A DNA stretch of 64,000 bases from Zhongshania sp. Lineage in GTDB: Bacteria; Pseudomonadota; Gammaproteobacteria; Pseudomonadales; Spongiibacteraceae. A program made the position numbers and the translations under genes. The stretch's first letter is position 1, and every line of letters begins with the position of its first letter. The stretch lies in assembly GCF_041623545.1 (NCBI RefSeq), contig NZ_JBFJWS010000002.1, positions 26,262 through 90,261 of the forward strand, in the 5' to 3' direction. The notes under the pieces are model-generated. The model ran no database searches and was not told where the DNA came from. It saw only the letters and a program-made list of their open reading frames with translations. This document shows, piece after piece, positions 63,049-64,000 of the stretch.

Positions 63049-64000
63049 ATGGCGCCGCACCGCTACTCTCGAGGAGCAATAGCTCTTTTAAAAACCATTA
63101 TCTTTACAACTATTTTTTTAGCCTTCGTTGCCGCACTAACCATCTATATCACGTCACGAAGGGATACGCCTCCCGTCAGCCAGGTGTTTACTAACGGCAA
63201 TATAATCACCATGGATTCAGACAATTCCGTTGTGCAAGCCATTGCCCTTCAAAACGACAAAATCATTGCCGCCGGCAGCAACGAAGACATACAGGAGTAC
63301 ATCAGTAAAGATACCCTTGTGCACAATTTGCAGGGCAAAACTCTGATGCCAGGTATTGTTGATGCCCATAGTCACTTCCCTGGTGTTGGCATGTATGTCA
63401 CGACCGCAGACCTGAGCAGTCCGCCGGTCGGTAGCATTAGCAATATTGCAGAACTACAAGCCCGTTTGCGGGAACGACTCCAAGGCAAGTCAGCAGGTAA
63501 GTGGCTTACCGGACTTGGCTATGATGACACCCTGCTTACCGAACACCGCCACCCTACAAAAGAAGAGCTGGACGCTGTATCTACCGAGCACCCCATTTTT
63601 ATCACCCATGTATCAGGACACGTTGGCGTCGCCAACAGCTTAGCCCTTGCAATAGCCGGCTACGACCACTCCACCCCCGACCCCGAAGGCGGCCATATCG
63701 TTAGAGATGATAAAGGTGAATTAACGGGCTTATTAGAAGAAACCGCCGCTGCACCACTCACGCTTAAAATGCTCGATATTTCACCCACGCAAGTCTACGA
63801 GATGATCCGCGAAGCCGCCCAAATCTATGCTGCGGCTGGCGTCACCACCGCACAAAGTGGCGGCCTAGACGGCGCAATGTTGAAGGGACTTTACTATGGA
63901 TCTGAGCTGGGCTTAATCCCACAGAGGCTAGAACTGTGGTCATCGTTATTAATCGGGGAAGAGCTAATTTCCGGCGAGTTTAATTTAGACGATTACAATA
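63049..64000 (+). CDS. Amidohydrolase-family (YtcJ-like metal-dependent hydrolase), 5' partial, runs off the window
   Basis: ATG at 63049 with AAGGAA 8 nt upstream. Not in the ORF track because no stop falls inside the window. My translation: MAPHRYSRGAIALLKTIIFTTIFLAFVAALTIYITS (signal anchor) ...GKTLMPGIVDAHSHF... (metal-binding HxH region) ...ITHVSGHVGVANSLAL. Confidence 0.75.
   Translation, partial: MAPHRYSRGAIALLKTIIFTTIFLAFVAALTIYITSRRDTPPVSQVFTNGNIITMDSDNSVVQAIALQNDKIIAAGSNEDIQEYISKDTLVHNLQGKTLMPGIVDAHSHFPGVGMYVTTADLSSPPVGSISNIAELQARLRERLQGKSAGKWLTGLGYDDTLLTEHRHPTKEELDAVSTEHPIFITHVSGHVGVANSLALAIAGYDHSTPDPEGGHIVRDDKGELTGLLEETAAAPLTLKMLDISPTQVYEMIREAAQIYAAAGVTTAQSGGLDGAMLKGLYYGSELGLIPQRLELWSSLLIGEELISGEFNLDDYN

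Noticed and set aside
35017-64000. Calling the island a steroid or bile-acid degradation cluster
   Set aside because: Side-chain-type enzymes are present, but no ring-modifying genes (3-ketosteroid dehydrogenase, KshAB, HsaABCD-like) are visible in the window. The claim would go beyond the evidence.
1-64000. Mobile elements, prophage, defence systems, CRISPR arrays, tRNA or rRNA genes
   Set aside because: I found no integrase, transposase, recombinase, nuclease/helicase/methylase combination, repeat-spacer array or tRNA-like structure on either strand. The paralogy seen (TetR, TBDR, LVIVD, kinase) is ordinary gene-family duplication without flanking repeats.

Overview
Bacterial chromosomal DNA, about 50% GC by eye (not computed) and densely coding. 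Gene content resembles a marine, lipid- or hydrocarbon-degrading gammaproteobacterium, but that taxon guess is inference only. I found no rRNA, tRNA, CRISPR array, IS element, integrase or phage genes. Four blocks stand out. (1) 40-6107: two paralogous TetR genes flank a TonB-dependent receptor (TBDR), next to an LVIVD-repeat lipoprotein. (2) 6245-13476: a tightly packed eight-gene minus-strand operon whose products are all exported or membrane-bound. It holds three classical electron carriers (HiPIP, class II cytochrome c, cytochrome b561), four domain-of-unknown-function proteins (DUF1592/DUF1588, DUF1552, COG4315-type, DUF305) and one orphan. A divergent LysR gene sits upstream with a textbook ATC-N9-GAT box. 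This is my best candidate for an undescribed system. (3) 14698-34540: malonate uptake and activation (madL-madM-matB), a kinase operon, a recent tandem TBDR duplication, TetR plus esterase, a ThuA/GMC dehydrogenase cluster, a heavily frameshifted SGNH hydrolase pseudogene and a fourth TBDR. (4) 35017-64000: a roughly 29 kb catabolic island with no regulator gene. It encodes omega-oxidation (P450, alcohol and aldehyde dehydrogenases) and a non-standard beta-oxidation set: a fused two-domain acyl-CoA dehydrogenase, a split MFE-2-type hydratase and dehydrogenase, an SCP-x-type thiolase with its DUF35 partner, and a FadH-like flavoenzyme lacking the Fe-S cysteines. It also has APH-type kinases, MFS transporters and a second LVIVD lipoprotein. 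Several intergenic regions share conserved promoter or operator modules found by hand alignment. All calls rest on reading the ORF translations and the DNA; no database search was possible.
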